DNA from: Octopus sinensis
Taxonomy: Eukaryota
Assembly: GCF_006345805.1 (NCBI RefSeq)
Contig: NC_042997.1
Span: 9,114,001 to 9,178,000 of the forward strand
Length of the DNA stretch: 64,000 nt
Direction of reading: 5' to 3'
Shown: positions 10,962-24,897 of the stretch, in pieces
Layout of the letters: each line of letters opens with the position of its first letter
How positions within the stretch are numbered: the first letter of the stretch is position 1
Program-made: the position numbers and the translations under genes
The notes under the pieces: model-generated
Told to the model about the DNA's origin: nothing
Databases searched by the model: none
What the model saw: the letters and a program-made list of their open reading frames with translations, nothing else

Positions 10962-13900
10962 TTTCATATACACTCAACAGATTAGACTGTTGGAAAAGAA
11001 TCCTAACATCAGGTTACAACAAGTAACCTTTGATGCCAAGAATCATCCTAAGTATCCTAGCTGTCCCTAATAACAGTTTTCTGGAGGTGTACTAAACTGG
11101 GTTTAATGCTTATTTCCTTTATCCATCTGTTCAGATCTTTAGGGATAGTTCCCAATGTACCTGTAACTACTGGGTTACATTTTACCCACACTTTCCATAG
11201 TCTCTGTAATTCAATAGCAAGATCCTTGTACTTTGCTAATTTTCTATACTTCTCATACTAATTTTTTTTTTGTTATTAGGGATTGTAAAGTCAGTTATCT
11301 GGTACTTTCTATTCTCTATCTACTACTACCAAACCAGGACTTCTAGCTTCTATTACTCAGTCAGTCTGAATGTTACAGTCCCACATCTTGTATTTCTTAC
11401 TTTCTAGTACTTTACTACGTTCATGTTCATACCATTTATTAGTATGTTCAAATCCTAGCTTTCTATAAAGCTCCCAGTGGATTACTCTCCCTAGGTTGTC
11501 ATGTCTTATCTTGTATTTTTTCTGTGCTAGCATGCTACATTCACTTACTATATGAGTAATGCTTTCCTCTGTTGATTTGCATAATCTACATTGGGAATCT
11601 ATTTGGTTTCTGTCTATCTTCGCTTTTATCCAATAAAACCTTAGTGTTCTATATTGTGCAGTAACTAACAAACTTTCTGTCTCCCTTTTCAGCTTTCCTT
11701 TCTGCTGTCTTTCCATGTCTCCCTACTACTATTTACTGCAACTATCTTTGGGAATCTACCATGCAATGCTTTCTCCTGCCAATCAGATAATTTCTGTTCT
11801 TTTTTCTGGTGTTTAATTTCGTTTGGGTTTTATTGGGTTTCCTTATATCTTACTGTGACTTTAATAAACTTTCTTCACAATTACCTACATAGGAGTCTAT
11901 ATCTGCTCTAGCTAACTTCATACAGTCTTCTACTGATATTAACCCTCTTCTGCCTTCCTCACAAGGCAGGTACAATCTTGCTACTCCTGCCCTCGAGTGA
12001 AGTCCTCTTTTCATATTGAATTCCTTCCTAGTTCTTCTAGCTTTGCTAATTCAGTTTTGTCCAATCTACAAAAGCTGCAGAGTATCTAAGTAATGATATT
12101 ACCCAAGTATTTACAGCCTTCACTAGATTCTGACCATTTAGCTTTGACTTCATTAGCTTCCTTACTCTTCTAACGTACTCCTCAATTTTTGTTTTCCTTT
12201 CTGTAGTTTTCTTTTCTGTCAGATTCTAATACTCCCGGATGCTTATAACTCTCTCCCTCCTCCTTTCAATGATTTTAATGTCTAGCCATCTGGTAATTGG
12301 ATGCCTTCACTGTTGACTACCTGTCCCCTTCTCATGGCTAATATTGCACACATATCTATGCCAAATTTTATGCCTGTCTATGCTGAAAAGTCGTACAGTC
12401 TGTGTTAAGGAATTTATCTCTTTTTCATTCTTACTAAAGAGCTTTAGATGATCCATGTAGAGCAAATGGTTAATTTTTCCATTACTATTTCTGAACTGAT
12501 ACCCTGCTTTTTCCTTCCTTAATGCTAAACTGAGGGGTATCAAACATAAGACAAATATTAAAGTGAACAACGAGTCCTCCTGGAAAATTCCTCTTTTGAT
12601 ATTAACTTTCCCTAACAGTGTGTCACCTGAGTAGAGATCTGCTTTCCATTTCTTCATGCTAAAGCTAATAAATTTTTTTATGTTGTCTGCAGTAATATAC
12701 TCAAACATTCCCTTATCCATGAGTATGGGGTCATGTCATAGGCTTTCCTATAATCTATCCATGCTACTGTTAGATTTTTCTTTCTAGGCTTTTACTTAAT
12801 TTAGAATTGCTTCATCTATATATAGTAGATCATGCATTCCTCTAGCCTTCTTCCTGCAACCTTTCTGTTCTTCTGATAGTAAATTCTGGTTGTCAAGGTG
12901 CACGTAAATGCTTTCTGAAAGTATTCCTATTAACAGCTTCCACACTAATGGTAAGCAAGTGATTGGTCTATAGTTGCTAGCTGTATTACCTCTTATCTTT
13001 CATAATGAGTATTGTCCTCCCTCTAGTCATCCAATCTGATATCATTTCTCCATTAAGGCAATCCTGAAGTTGTTTCCCCAGCTTCCCATGTAAACTACTG
13101 AATTTCTTTTGCCAGTATCCTTGAACTAAATCTGATCCTGGGCTCTTCTAATTCGGCCTTTTTCCAAACACTTTACTCATTAATGCTCTAGTTAATCTTA
13201 GATCTGGCTGCTTCTCATTCGCTACTTCTTCCCTCACTTTGTTTAACCCAATTACATCTCCATTAGGATTGACTGGCTTATCCCAAATATTACTCCAGAA
13301 CTTTCTAGCTTCTTATGCATTAGGTTTCTCATTTTCAGTACTTCGTTCTCCACTATTTATTTTGTTATAAAATCTCATCAGGTCTGTCTCAAATAATCTA
13401 TTCTGTTGATAGTGATGTATTGCTTACTGATATCTGCAGAGCTTGCCTGCTACTGCTATGATATGCTGTTTCAACTCTTCTTTTACTGTCCTAAATCCTT
13501 TCTCTTTCATTAAGTATCTTTTCCCGAGGGAAGATTTGCATCTTGTGTTTCCTAACTTGTTTGTTTTCCAGGCTTCTATTCTACACAGATCTTGTCTTAA
13601 AGTCTTCAGTTTATTTTGTAGTCTCCTTTTACACATTTGCTCATTTTTAATCTTTCCCTGTGAGACATCTAATATTCTGGTGACTAATACCCCTCCTGCA
13701 TAGATCAATAAGTTAGTGTCTTCTATATTTTTAGTATCTATCCTACTAATAACCGAATTTACTTTCCTAGTCATTTCTAGCAGCTTCCTTCTGTTGGTGC
13801 CTTTTAATGCTGGCAATCTTTTTCTTATTTCTTTAATCATTACTTCCTGCAACTCAACTAAAATCTTCTGATCTTTATCACTTAAATCATTTAAGTTATT

Positions 13901-14080
13901 GGTGCCAGTTTTCCCTTCCTTATTGGTAGTGCTAGTATTATTTTTACCTTTAGGTTCTTCTTTGATCCTTATCTCTTATATTGCTGTTTGTCTTTCCCAA
14001 TGCCTGGTCTTTCTTTTCCAGTTCTTTTGTGATTTCTTCCTCCAATTCTTTCATCCACTTTCTTCTTCTAATAGTATTTA
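10962..14080 (-). mobile_element. Dong/R4-clade non-LTR retrotransposon, 5'-truncated and inactive (RT, CCHC knuckle, REL endonuclease)
   Basis: N-terminal RKRLPALK..TNLLIYAG; RT GIFQEDSL..INHLLYMDHLKLF (YMDD mutated to YMDH); CRLC..HIVSEC..RHD; WDCNIQTD..EARSPGLVVVD..KYKDLAIE; short 3'UTR then (TAA)n at 10939-10961; many stops and frameshifts. Confidence 0.92.
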
Positions 14081-14096
14081 GTGTTATTATTATTAT

Positions 14097-15920
14097 CAAT
14101 TATGGGTTTCTTTCATTATAACTTTATTTCATCTGCCTTAGGTCCAGGCATCCTCCAGAGGCCAAGAGTAGCAAGGGCACTTATGTTTTGTAATGCATGC
14201 TAAAGTTATCACCACATTTATTCCATTTTAGAAGGAGAGTGCTTTCAGTAGTATGTGGGTTGTATCCACAAAGGTTATCTTTTGTAGTTCACGGAGACTG
14301 GAGATACATGGGAGTTGCTTAATATACTTTTCAGCTCCCTTCTTTATCATTCCCTATGCACCAATTAATACTGGTATGATCGTAGTACTAAGCTTCCACG
14401 TTTTTGTGATTTCAATTTGCAGATCTTTATAGTGAGAAAGCTTTTCATATTCCTTTTTTGCGACATATTGGTCTTGTGGGAAAGACCTATCTATTAACAG
14501 ACAAGTTCCTCTGTTGTAGTCTTTGATCACAATGTCTGGTCGACTGGAGTCAATTTTTCTGTCTGTTTGTATTAGAAAGTTCCAAAGATGGTGATGCTCT
14601 CACCATTTACTACATCCTCTTGATGGTGCCTGTACCACTTAACATGGGATTTAATTTTGTAGTATTTACAAGCATTCCAGTGGATGTACTGCCCTAGTCT
14701 GTCATGTCTTACGAGGTACTCCCTTTCAGCAAGGGCTGGGCAGCCAGAAACAGCATGATCAAATGTCTCAGCGAATTTTCTGCAAATTCTGCATGAGGGG
14801 TCAGATCCATCTTTAAGGACGTTTGTAGGGTAGATTCTGGTAGGTAAGCTCTGATCTTACACTGCAATGACAGAACCTTCTGTTTCCCCTTTCAGACCTA
14901 TCCCTTGTAGCCATTGATGTGTTAGATTTTTATCAATATCTGGCTTTGACAGACAGTTGGGGTATTTTCCATGCAGGAGCTTACCTTTCCAGTTGTCTTC
15001 GATATTATTCATGCAAGCCTTCTTTGCATTTTTTAAAATGTTTTTTGCATCAATTATAAGTTTGTCACTATTTGGATACCTTTCGTCTTTCTAATTTTTA
15101 GTTTCTAAATCAGGAGAAGCAATTGTAGGTCTGTCAGTATTTGGGTGTCTTTGGTCATTCTTATTAACTTGTAGGCCAAGAAGCTTTTTAAATTTCTGAC
15201 TCAGCTTCATTACTGAAGCTTGCTTGGAATCTTCATGCTTCAGTGCAGTTCGTAAAAGCATATCACTTGTTGCATTAAGGTATGCTTCAAGGACTATTAT
15301 TGCTGATTTGAAGGATTGTTCGAGCTGTATTAGGCCTCTTCCACTTATTTTTCTTGGGAGATAGATCCTGTCTACATCTGATTTTGGATGATGTATTCAG
15401 TACCTTGTAAAGATTTTGCAGATCTTTCCATCCATATTCTGCATGTCAGTGAGACTCCACTTAATGACACCAAAGTTATATGTGGTTACTGGTATGGCCA
15501 AAGAATTGATCACATTAATTCTGTTAGCAGCATTTAATTCTGAGTTTAGGATCATTCTTACCTTCTGGTAGTATTCCTTGCAGGTTTTCTCTTTCATTTT
15601 AGAGTGCTGGATACCATCACCTTCATTGAATTCCAGATTGGTCTTGGTTTCGAATAGCTGTGGTAGTATCAAGTTCTATGTTTTCTTCCTTTATGAACTT
15701 CCCTGCCTTGAAAGTAGCCTTTGCAAATTTATCAAAATGAATCCCATACCTATATCAGAGCTGAATTCTTTGACAATATTCAAGAGCTCTTCTAATTCTT
15801 TGTCGTTTTTGGCAAACACTTTTAGATCATCCATATAGAGTAGATGGTTAATTTTCTAGTCAAAGATCTTATACCCTCTCTTAGCATTTTTCAGTCTGTA
15901 GATAAGGGGAACAGAGCGAG
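14097..15920 (-). mobile_element. Second, different Dong/R4-clade element, 5'-truncated within RT
   Basis: KINHLLYMDDLK; MKEKTCKEYYQKVRMILNSELNAANRINVINSLAIPV; QTDRKIDSSRPDIVIKD..KLSHYKDLQIEI; 3'UTR ends in (TAA)n at ~14083-14096. Confidence 0.92.
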
Positions 15921-18132
15921 GCAGAATGTAGATTAGAAAACAATAGTTAGGTGAAGGCACATGCCCTTAGTGATAAGAATGATATTAGATCAGTAAGTTC
16001 CTTGATTATCTCTAGTTGGAGTCTCTTCTGTTTCAAGCGGACTGTTTCATACACATATTCACATATCTCATATACTGTGTACTTTTTATCTTACTTCTCT
16101 CTTCTTTTCCTTGTTCCTTCAATATTTTTATGCAACCCTCCACTCGTAATATTTCTTTGCAATGCTCCCTTCACCAAACACCCCTGTGGCAAATATGTTA
16201 AGTTTTATATATGTTTTTCCATGCTGGTAGGTATTGGATGGGTTTCATCAAATAGGGTTTTACAACCAGAGACTGTTTCTGATCCTAGCTATTTTGATTG
16301 CTTCTTATAACAAGCAGATATATGGTGTACCTATTCTAAAAGCCAGGATAAACACATGTATCAAGAAATTACAAATTAATACGCTGGTCCCATCCTAGCT
16401 TTGTTAATTTAAAATAAAGTCTCAAAAGAGAAGAAATGGAATATTTAGATATTCATGGCTTTCCCAAATGCATTGGAAATGTAATGGAAACGAAATCCAA
16501 CTGGTGGCTAAACAGAATCTTCCAGCCAATTTCAACATTGATATTTGTGACTTAACAATTTATAAAAGTACAATAGGAATTGATCATCACACGTATTATT
16601 GATTTCTAGCAAAAGCACAAAGGAGGGGTGTATACTTTATTGATGTTTATTTTATCAACCCTGGAAGAATGAAAAATGCAATTGACATCAATGGATTTTG
16701 AGCGAAGGACATTAAGAAACATGATTAAATATTGTTTTATCTCTTTTTCCCCCTGCTTTACTCATTCCACCAATCTGCCAAGCCCTGATTCATAACATAA
16801 GCACAAGAATTGTCTTGCCTCCTACATTGTTGTTATTTAGTTCCATGTCATGACTGACTGAGCATTACAGATAGGACCAACTCATCTTACTAGAGGATTT
16901 CTAGGGATACGTAATCCAATGTAGCCAATTAAAATTATGTATATTTATGATTAATAAATATATATTATTGCAATATATGTTTCTCTATTTCTTAGGCAAT
17001 ATTGAAGCGCTATTTGTTCTTTTACTCTGAATGAAACAAAGAACAAAGAGCAGTTGCTTTTTTTTTCTGTGCTTCTTTGGACAGCAATCTTTAACACTTT
17101 CAATAGACCTGGAGTTGTAGATTCATTAAAATCCTATGTTGACAGCATCAAAACAATACTTTTTTTTAACCTTTTTACAATGTATTTCTTTGCATTTTAT
17201 TGCATAAATAAATAGAAAAATATATAAACATAGAAAGAAACTATGGGAACATGAAAAACATCAAATAAGAAAGAACATTAAAAGGAAAATGCAACTATGA
17301 CATGCCAAGAAAGAAAAGAATAAAATACTAAAATAACATCTATAAATGAGAAAAAAGGCAAACAAAAATAATTAAATAATACCATATTGTGATCGATATT
17401 GTTTGAAAAAGTGATGAACAGCTATATTGATAATCTCCTTGACTTGACACACAGAAGTTTTCATATAGTTTATTGCAGTATTAATAACATGGTGAATTAT
17501 TGCACAGAAGGCTAGTTTCTTGTTAATTCCTCTGCTAATTGTTACATTAATCATTTAAAAAATAATTTAAAGATTTTTTAACAAGATAAAAAAAGAAAAG
17601 AAAGAATTTGTATTGTAGAAAATATTGGATGCAAAAGACTAAAATTTATTGGATAATATGTTATAATTGAACAATGAGTGAATATCATAGCTTCTGTTTA
17701 CATTTGCTGCGTTCACTCCATCAGTTCCTCACTTGCTGACTATCTATCTGGGTTTTTTGTCTATTTTTTTTCTCCCTCCCTGCTTTTGCTATTTGATGCC
17801 TTGCAGATACAGAAAAATATATTCACATGGCTTATTAAATGACTAACCATGATATTGATTTTGTAACACATAGTCAAAGAGCAACACATTGATTGTTAGG
17901 CATGTGTACTAACAATTAAGTTGATTCCAGTTTTTGACCAGTACTTTATTTTAATGACCACCGAAATATGAAGGATGGTAAAATAAAGGCTCTTAACTTG
18001 GATTGATGAAACAACTGCAAAAACGAGAACTACTCTACAATCTGAGTGGAACTTGATGTGAGACCCTGTATGTTCACTAACCCAAACCTCCTTGTCAGAA
18101 CTCTACAATACATCAAAACTTCTTACACACAT

Positions 18133-18529
18133 ATAGGCGCAGGAGTGGCTGTGTGGTAAGTAGCTTATTTACCAACCATATGGTTCCGAGTTCAGTCCCA
18201 CTGCATGGCACCTTGGGCAAGTGTCTTCTACTATAGCCTCAGGCCGACCAAAGCCTTGTGAGTGGATTTGGTAGATGGAAACTGAAAGAAGCCTGTCATA
18301 TATATGTATATGTATATGAATGTGTGTGTCTGTGTTTGTACCCCCAACATCACTTTACAACCAATGCTGGTGTATTTACGTCCCTGTAACTTAGTGGTTC
18401 GGCAAAAGAGACTGATAGAATAAGTACTAGGCTTCCAAAGAATAAGTCCTGGGGTCGATTTGCTCGACTAAAGGCGGTGCTCCAGCATGGCCACAGTCAA
18501 ATGACTGAAACAAGTAAAAGAGTAAAAGA
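18133..18529 (+). mobile_element. SINE family B, full length
   Basis: Colinear with 10371-10867 and 24264-24681. Confidence 0.9.
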
Positions 18530-20901
18530 GACATCTGTTCACACTGGCTGCTCGTCCAAGAAAGAGACTGTTCAAAAGCTTGTTTCATTATGTGGCATCA
18601 CTTCCTTCTTCACTGCCAGAGCATCATCCTAAAATCTTGGATCACCCTCTGCATCACAACTACACAAGGAGAAATTGCAAACCTGACCTTTAGGTCAATG
18701 CTCTTATGAGTCTGTCAATTCAGTGTCCTGCATGATTTGTCATAATAGCTGATAGCAACATTTTCTGGGTCACTACTAAAGCAATAAGAGTGTTCAAGAC
18801 AAAATTTTCCAGATTATTAAATCACTTGATTTTGAAAAAAAAAAAAGAATATATTAAATCTTTCAGTATTCTGTCAACATTATTATAGAATTAAGGTCAT
18901 ATGGCAATTTCATTTAATCCTTTTCTATATATTTTATTTGAGATTAGGCCACAAGTACTTTTAAGTTCATTCTTCAAACTGTATTCATAATTCAAAACAT
19001 CAATCTACCACAAATATTGCTTTTGCTTACACACACACACTCACACACACATATTCTCCACCAATATATACACAGTTTTCACAAGTGAAATGGGTTTCAA
19101 TAAAAATAATTTGAAGGCATTTTGGTTCCTGAAAACTGTTTTTTAAGTAATCTAAGTTTAATCATATTACATAAATCAGCTCAAAATTTCATGTTAGTAT
19201 TCAAATCTGGTTCAGTTGTTTTCTCTTCGGTTTCATTCCCCATTAATCTGGTTAATAGTACTAATACCAAATTTAAGTCATTTGACTAAATAATAATCAT
19301 TATGAAAAACAAAAAAAAAGAAAGTAACAAGGAAATTAATGGTAATATTTTTGCTGTTTCCCCTTTACTTTTATTTCTGTGAATCATAAATACAATAAAA
19401 CAAAAATGCTTTTTGAATTAATTAAATTAATTTTGTTATTGTAATAAAAAAATGTTATGGCTTGTTATCAATATTTTGATGAGATGGATTGGCTCAATTG
19501 GTAGAGTATCAAATAAAATGCACCGTAATATTTAGCTATCCTTTCTATTGTTTGTTAAGCAAGTAAAAGCAAAAATCTGCATTTATTTTTATTTCACTAT
19601 ACCCCTTCTCCAAATGTTGAGGTCTTGTGCTGCCCATATTAAAAAAAGATGTTTATATGTTATGAACTTGCAGACAGATTGGAGTGTTGGGAAAATGCTT
19701 TGTGGTATTTAATTGTATCTTTTTTTTTATGTTTGGTATTTTAAACAAACTATCAACACTCCAACAATAGCACAATAGTCAATGAACACCCTTGCTCAGA
19801 TATGCATAGCTCTCATCCTCTACTCATCTTTATCTTTCATGGTGGGTGATAGTTTCTCTCAGTGATATCTAGTGTCATCTCTTAACTAATCACTGCTCAG
19901 TGAAATTACAAAGTGGGGTAACACTAAAATCCTTCCTAATCCAACAGTGTCCAGCAAAGACAGCTCTTCATTCTCAAATGCTATTTAATACTTATGAAAG
20001 ATCATTGTACAATTTGCCTTCAGTGAAGTATTTTTTCCAGGACACATTCAAAATGGTATGTAATATGTGTGCATAAGTGCCATATAGTATTGTTTCAAGT
20101 GTTATGGTTTATGTCCAGGCCAAAGAGCTATAAAGTAATACAGATTGAATGACTGAGTGGAAGAAGTTCTTTTCAGATTCTCCGAGAGCTTAGATTTCCA
20201 TATTAGGCTGACATTTTAAGTGCTGCCAAACCTTAGCTAACATATTGCTTAACAGCTGCTTCTATAGATACTATGTGGCTGCCAGGGTAGCTGAAAGTAT
20301 TTCCTGCTTTCTTTTTAACTTCCAGGCAATATGTTACAGTAGTATCGTAAAGTGCTTTAAGTAATTACTTTATTATGCTACAAAATATGACTGAGTGTCA
20401 ACTCCAAAGAAATCTTCTATATTTTAAGGCTTAAAATATGTTACCACAAACGATATAGACTTATACTGAATTAACTAGAAATACATCAGAACAAGAACAT
20501 AAATAAAAAGAGCTGTAACACCTCATTAAGAAAATAGATATTGGCTACAAAGCCGATATCTATTTTCTTAATGAGTTGTTATACCTTGAAGTCAGTATTT
20601 TTACTTCATTTTACATCTGAATATTTTCACTCTTGTTAGATGTTTAAGAAAGCTTGGACTCTTTCAAGAAAATTACTTCATAATTAGATGATCTTTATAG
20701 TGTCCAAATATAAAGAGTCTCTAGTTGATTGGAAAGGATTTCTAGTTGATTGTAAAGCATTATTCCAGGGTAGTGGATTCACATATCTTTAGAGCATTGA
20801 AGAAGATTGTCTGGTGGTGTTTAGCTTCAAATTTTTCATATTCTGAATTGAAGACTTCACAAGTTCAACTGTGCTTTTCATCCAAATAACTAACTTGCAC
20901 T

Positions 20902-21440
20902 CCATTAGTTACAACAACGAGGGTTCAATTTGATTTGATCAAAAGAGCAACCTGCTCGTGAAACTAACGTGCATGTGGCTGAGCACTCCACAGACACATA
21001 AACCCTTAACATAGTCCTCAGGGAGATTCAACATGACCCGGTGTGACAGGGCTGACACTTTGAAATACAGGTATTACTCATTTTTGCCAGCTGGGTGCAC
21101 TGTAGCAATGTGAAATATAGTGTGTTGCTCAAGGACACAATAAGTTTAAGGTGGTGAGATGGCAGAAACGTTAGCACACCGGGCGAAATGCTTAGTTCTG
21201 AGTTCAAATTCCACCGAGGTTGACTTTGCCTTTCATCCTTTCGGGGTCGATTAAATGAGTACCAGTGATGCACTGGGGTCGATATAATCGATTTAATCCA
21301 TTTGTCTGTCCTTGTTTGTCCCCTCTGTGTGTAGCCCCTACTGGGCAGTAAAGAAATAACAATATGTTACTGAGAATTGAACTCATGACCTTACAATTGT
21401 GAGCCAAATGCCCTAACCACTAAGCCATGTGCCTTCACCT
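20902..21440 (-). mobile_element. SINE head D with tail T1, interrupted by a plus-strand SINE A1 (21171-21360)
   Basis: Head GTGAAGGCACATGGCTTAGTGGTTAGGGC at 21440; tail shared with 29250-29430 and 58180-58330. Confidence 0.8.
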
Positions 21441-22129
21441 TTCATCCAGACAGGGTGGTTAAAATACAATACCAGTTAAGTACTAAGGCTGATTTAATTC
21501 GATGTACCTTCTCCCACAATTTGTGGCACAGTTCTCATGTTAGAAATTAATTTTGTCATATCTGAATTGTACAGTTTGTACTATTTGTAAGAAGAGAAGT
21601 TGAACTTCTGCAAAGTTTATAGTTTACCTTACACTTAATTACATGGAAGCCTTGTGTTTCACTGTGCTTGAATATATGAAGGGATGGTCATGAATAAAAT
21701 ATCTTTGATCATTAGTTTGTTCAATCAGAGCAGTCCTTAAACAAATAAACCACAAAATATTTAGAGAAAGATGAATTCAGCCATTGAGAGTTTATTACAC
21801 AATGACGTTAACTGAATGTAAAACCATTAATTAACTGCAGTTAACATGGTTAATGCGAGTGGTGTCAAAAGGCTAACAGGAAATATATGAGAGTAATTTA
21901 TTCTCTATACAATTTTGTTTTCTGCCAAACATTATGGCTTTGGATTTGCCTCTAATCCACAGCACTTTCAGTGAGTGTCATCTAATATAGCCCCACGTTG
22001 ACTACTGCCTTGTAGATGAATTCGGTTGCTGCAAATTATGTGAAAGTATAGTAATCCAAGGGAAGAATGCTGATAATAACTGTATACTAAATTATAGATG
22101 TGTAAATCTCCATTCCCCTGGTATATATA

Positions 22130-22880
22130 CATGGCAGTTCACATGTGTGTGAACTGCCATGCTTCACGGCAGTGAAACATGGGCTGTGACTGCGGAGGAC
22201 ATGCATAGGCTAGAAAGAAATGAAACTAGCATGATCTGCTGGATGTGTAATGTCAGTGACCATGCACGATAGAGTGTAAGCGCCCTGAGAGAAATGTTGG
22301 ACATAAGAAGCATCGGATGTGGCATGCAGGAGAGATGTTTGCGTTGGTATGGTCATGTACTACGGATGGATGAGGAGAGATGTGTGAAGAAGTGCCACTC
22401 CCAAACTGTTGAAGGAATCTGGGGTAGAGGTAGACTCAGGAAGTCATGGGATGAGATGATCAAGCATGACCTTCGTACATTGGGCCTCACAGAGGCTATG
22501 ATGAAAGACCGAGACCTCTGGAGATATGCTGTGGCTTCGAAGACCCGACAAATGAAGTAAGTTCATGGCTCACAGGATGGCCTTCTGGGCTAACCTTGGT
22601 TCATAGGGTGACCTGCTGTGCTTGAGGAGACCTATTGAGTCAAGTACGTCAACACCAACATCGAAATAAAAATCAAATGGAAATTGTAGTTAAGATACCC
22701 GTGACGGTAGCACGTAAAAAGCACCCACTACACTCTTGGAGTGGTTGGCATTAGGCAGGGCATCTGGCTGTAGAAACACTGCCAGATCAGACTGGAGCCT
22801 GTCACAGCCTCCTGGCTTCCCAGACCCCGGTCAAACCATCCAACCCATGCTAGCATGGAAAACGGATGTTAAATGATGAT
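22130..22880 (+). mobile_element. RTE-clade LINE 3' fragment (ORF C-terminus, 3'UTR, (GAT)n tail)
   Basis: TAMLHGSETWAV..RLERNE..RCLRWYGHVLRMDEER..GRGRLRKSWDE..DRDLWR is a typical RTE C-terminus; its 3'UTR is family R. Confidence 0.92.
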
Positions 22881-22886
22881 GATGTT

Positions 22887-22966
<80 letters not shown>

Positions 22967-22967
<1 letters not shown>

Positions 22968-23869
22968 GAGGAAAGTTATCCACACTTTTGCCATAACATA
23001 TCTTTATTATTGTCATACTGCCTTCTGCACATGCATGCTTATAGTTGGTGCTATTGTGGTCACATGATCAAATTTTGAACCTGATCATACCATTTTTCTT
23101 TCTGGTTTTACAGTGGCCATAAAGTCTGTACAAGATGGGTGCCAAGAGAGTTTACTACAGAGCACAAGCACAAACGTCTTGAGGTCTGCCAATGTTTATT
23201 CAGTCATTACAATAATGAGGGTGAGGAATATTTGAGCAGGATAGTCACAGGAGATGAAACGTGGGTCGATCATTATGAGGCAGAATCCAAAAGACAGAGT
23301 ATGGAGTGGAAACGTCCTGGCTCACCAGCGACGGAAAAATTCAAAACTCAGTCTTCCATGGGAAAGGTGATACTAACCCATTTTGGGGACTCAAAAGGGC
23401 CTATACAGGAAGACTGGCTGTAAAAGGTGTGTACAATCAACACTGAAGAAACAGAGCTTTGCTGGCCAACAAACTGAAGCCAGCAATTCACAACAAATTC
23501 TGAAGCCTGTTATCAAAGAAAGTTTTGTTGTTGCATCCCAATGCATGCTCACACCATTAAAACCATTTACCAATTGAGTTTTGAAATGCTGAAACACCTT
23601 GCCTACAGCTCAGATTTCACCATCAAACCATCAAAGATGGTTTATGAGGTCGTTGCTTTCCTATGGATGAAGAAGTGAATGAAGTGTGCATAATTGGTTG
23701 CACAACCAACCAAAAACCTTCTTCTTGGAGGGAATATGCAAGCTTGTGGACCACTGGACCAAGTGCACAGAAAAGATGGGAAACTATACAGAAAAATAGC
23801 ATACTTTTTATCTCCTTTTGAGTAAATATACTGAAAAAACAAGATTACATAATTTTTGATTCTCACTTG
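22967..23869 (+). mobile_element. Internally deleted, decayed mariner transposon
   Basis: RWVPREFT..RIVTGDETWV..ESKRQSMEW; degenerate YSPDL motif (AYSSDF); TA-flanked degenerate TIRs TGAGGAAAGTTATCC and ATAATTTTTGATTCTCACTTG. Confidence 0.9.
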
Positions 23870-24263
23870 TATGTGTGGTGTGTGTGTATTTGTGTGTGTG
23901 TGTGTGTGTGTGTGTGAGTATGTGTGTGTGTGTGTGTGCATGTGTGTGTACGTACATGCACATTTGTCTTTCATTACTGGACCACGTGTGTAGGCTTATT
24001 TAAGTCCCCCATAACACAATCATTCAAAGTAAGAGAAAGGGTATGGAATGGCCACCATGCTTAAATATTGGAGAGAATATGATTGTCTAATCTTTTTCAG
24101 GATGCTTCAGAATAGTCACAGTCCAATAACAGAAACAAGTAAAAAAAAAAAAGTAAAAGAGTAAGAATGACTTGGAAAAAATATTCATAGACTACTGCAC
24201 ATAATAAACACCACGGTAAGTGCTTGACACAGTAAACTAAGTACTTACCAATTAAAATTACAC

Positions 24264-24681
24264 AGTAGGCGCAGGAGTGGCTGTGTGGTAAGTAGCTTGC
24301 TAACCAACCACATGGTTCCGGGTTCAGTCCCACTGCGTGGCATCTTGGGCAAGTGTCTTCTGCTATAGCCCCGGGCCGACCAATGCCTTGTGAGTGGATT
24401 TGGTAGACAGAAACTGAAAGAAGCCTGTCGTATATATGTATATATAAGTATATATATATATGTATGTGTGTGTTTGTGTGTCTGTGTTTGTCCCCCTAGC
24501 ATTGCTTGACAACCGATGCTGGTGTGTTTACGTCCCCGTCACTTAGCGGTTTGGCAAAAGAGACCGATAGAATAAGTACTGGGCTTACAAAGAATAAGTC
24601 GATTTGCTCGACTAAAGGCAGTGCTCCAGCATGGCCGCAGTCAAATGACTGAAACAAGTAAAAGAGAAAAGAGTAAAAGAG
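24264..24681 (+). mobile_element. SINE family B
   Basis: Colinear with the other B copies. Confidence 0.9.
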
Positions 24682-24897
24682 TAGTGATGGGAACAATAAT
24701 TTTATTAATTTTTCAAGTATACTAGAATACAATGTACTATGAAGTTTTATGCCACATATTACCTTGCCACTATTTCTGTTTATTCACAAAAGATTTATAA
24801 TATTCTCTTGTTAAAAGATCTAGAAGCAACAAATTATAGTTTGCTGAGGTGTTCCAATAACATAGATATATGTCCAGAGTTGTCACTTTACTGTTAA

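Noticed and set aside
16420-16610. Short coding-like frame (RYSWLSQMHWKC..)
   Set aside because: No convincing splice sites or recognisable motif.
16981-17160. Two strong plus-strand acceptors (ending ~16995 and ~17083)
   Set aside because: No downstream donor with an open frame.
17975-18700. Higher-GC segment split by SINE B, possibly an old TE
   Set aside because: No diagnostic protein motif could be read, so it is left unclassified.
21880-21975. Donor TCA|GTGAGT with possible 8-nt or 91-nt exon
   Set aside because: The upstream acceptors lack a pyrimidine tract.
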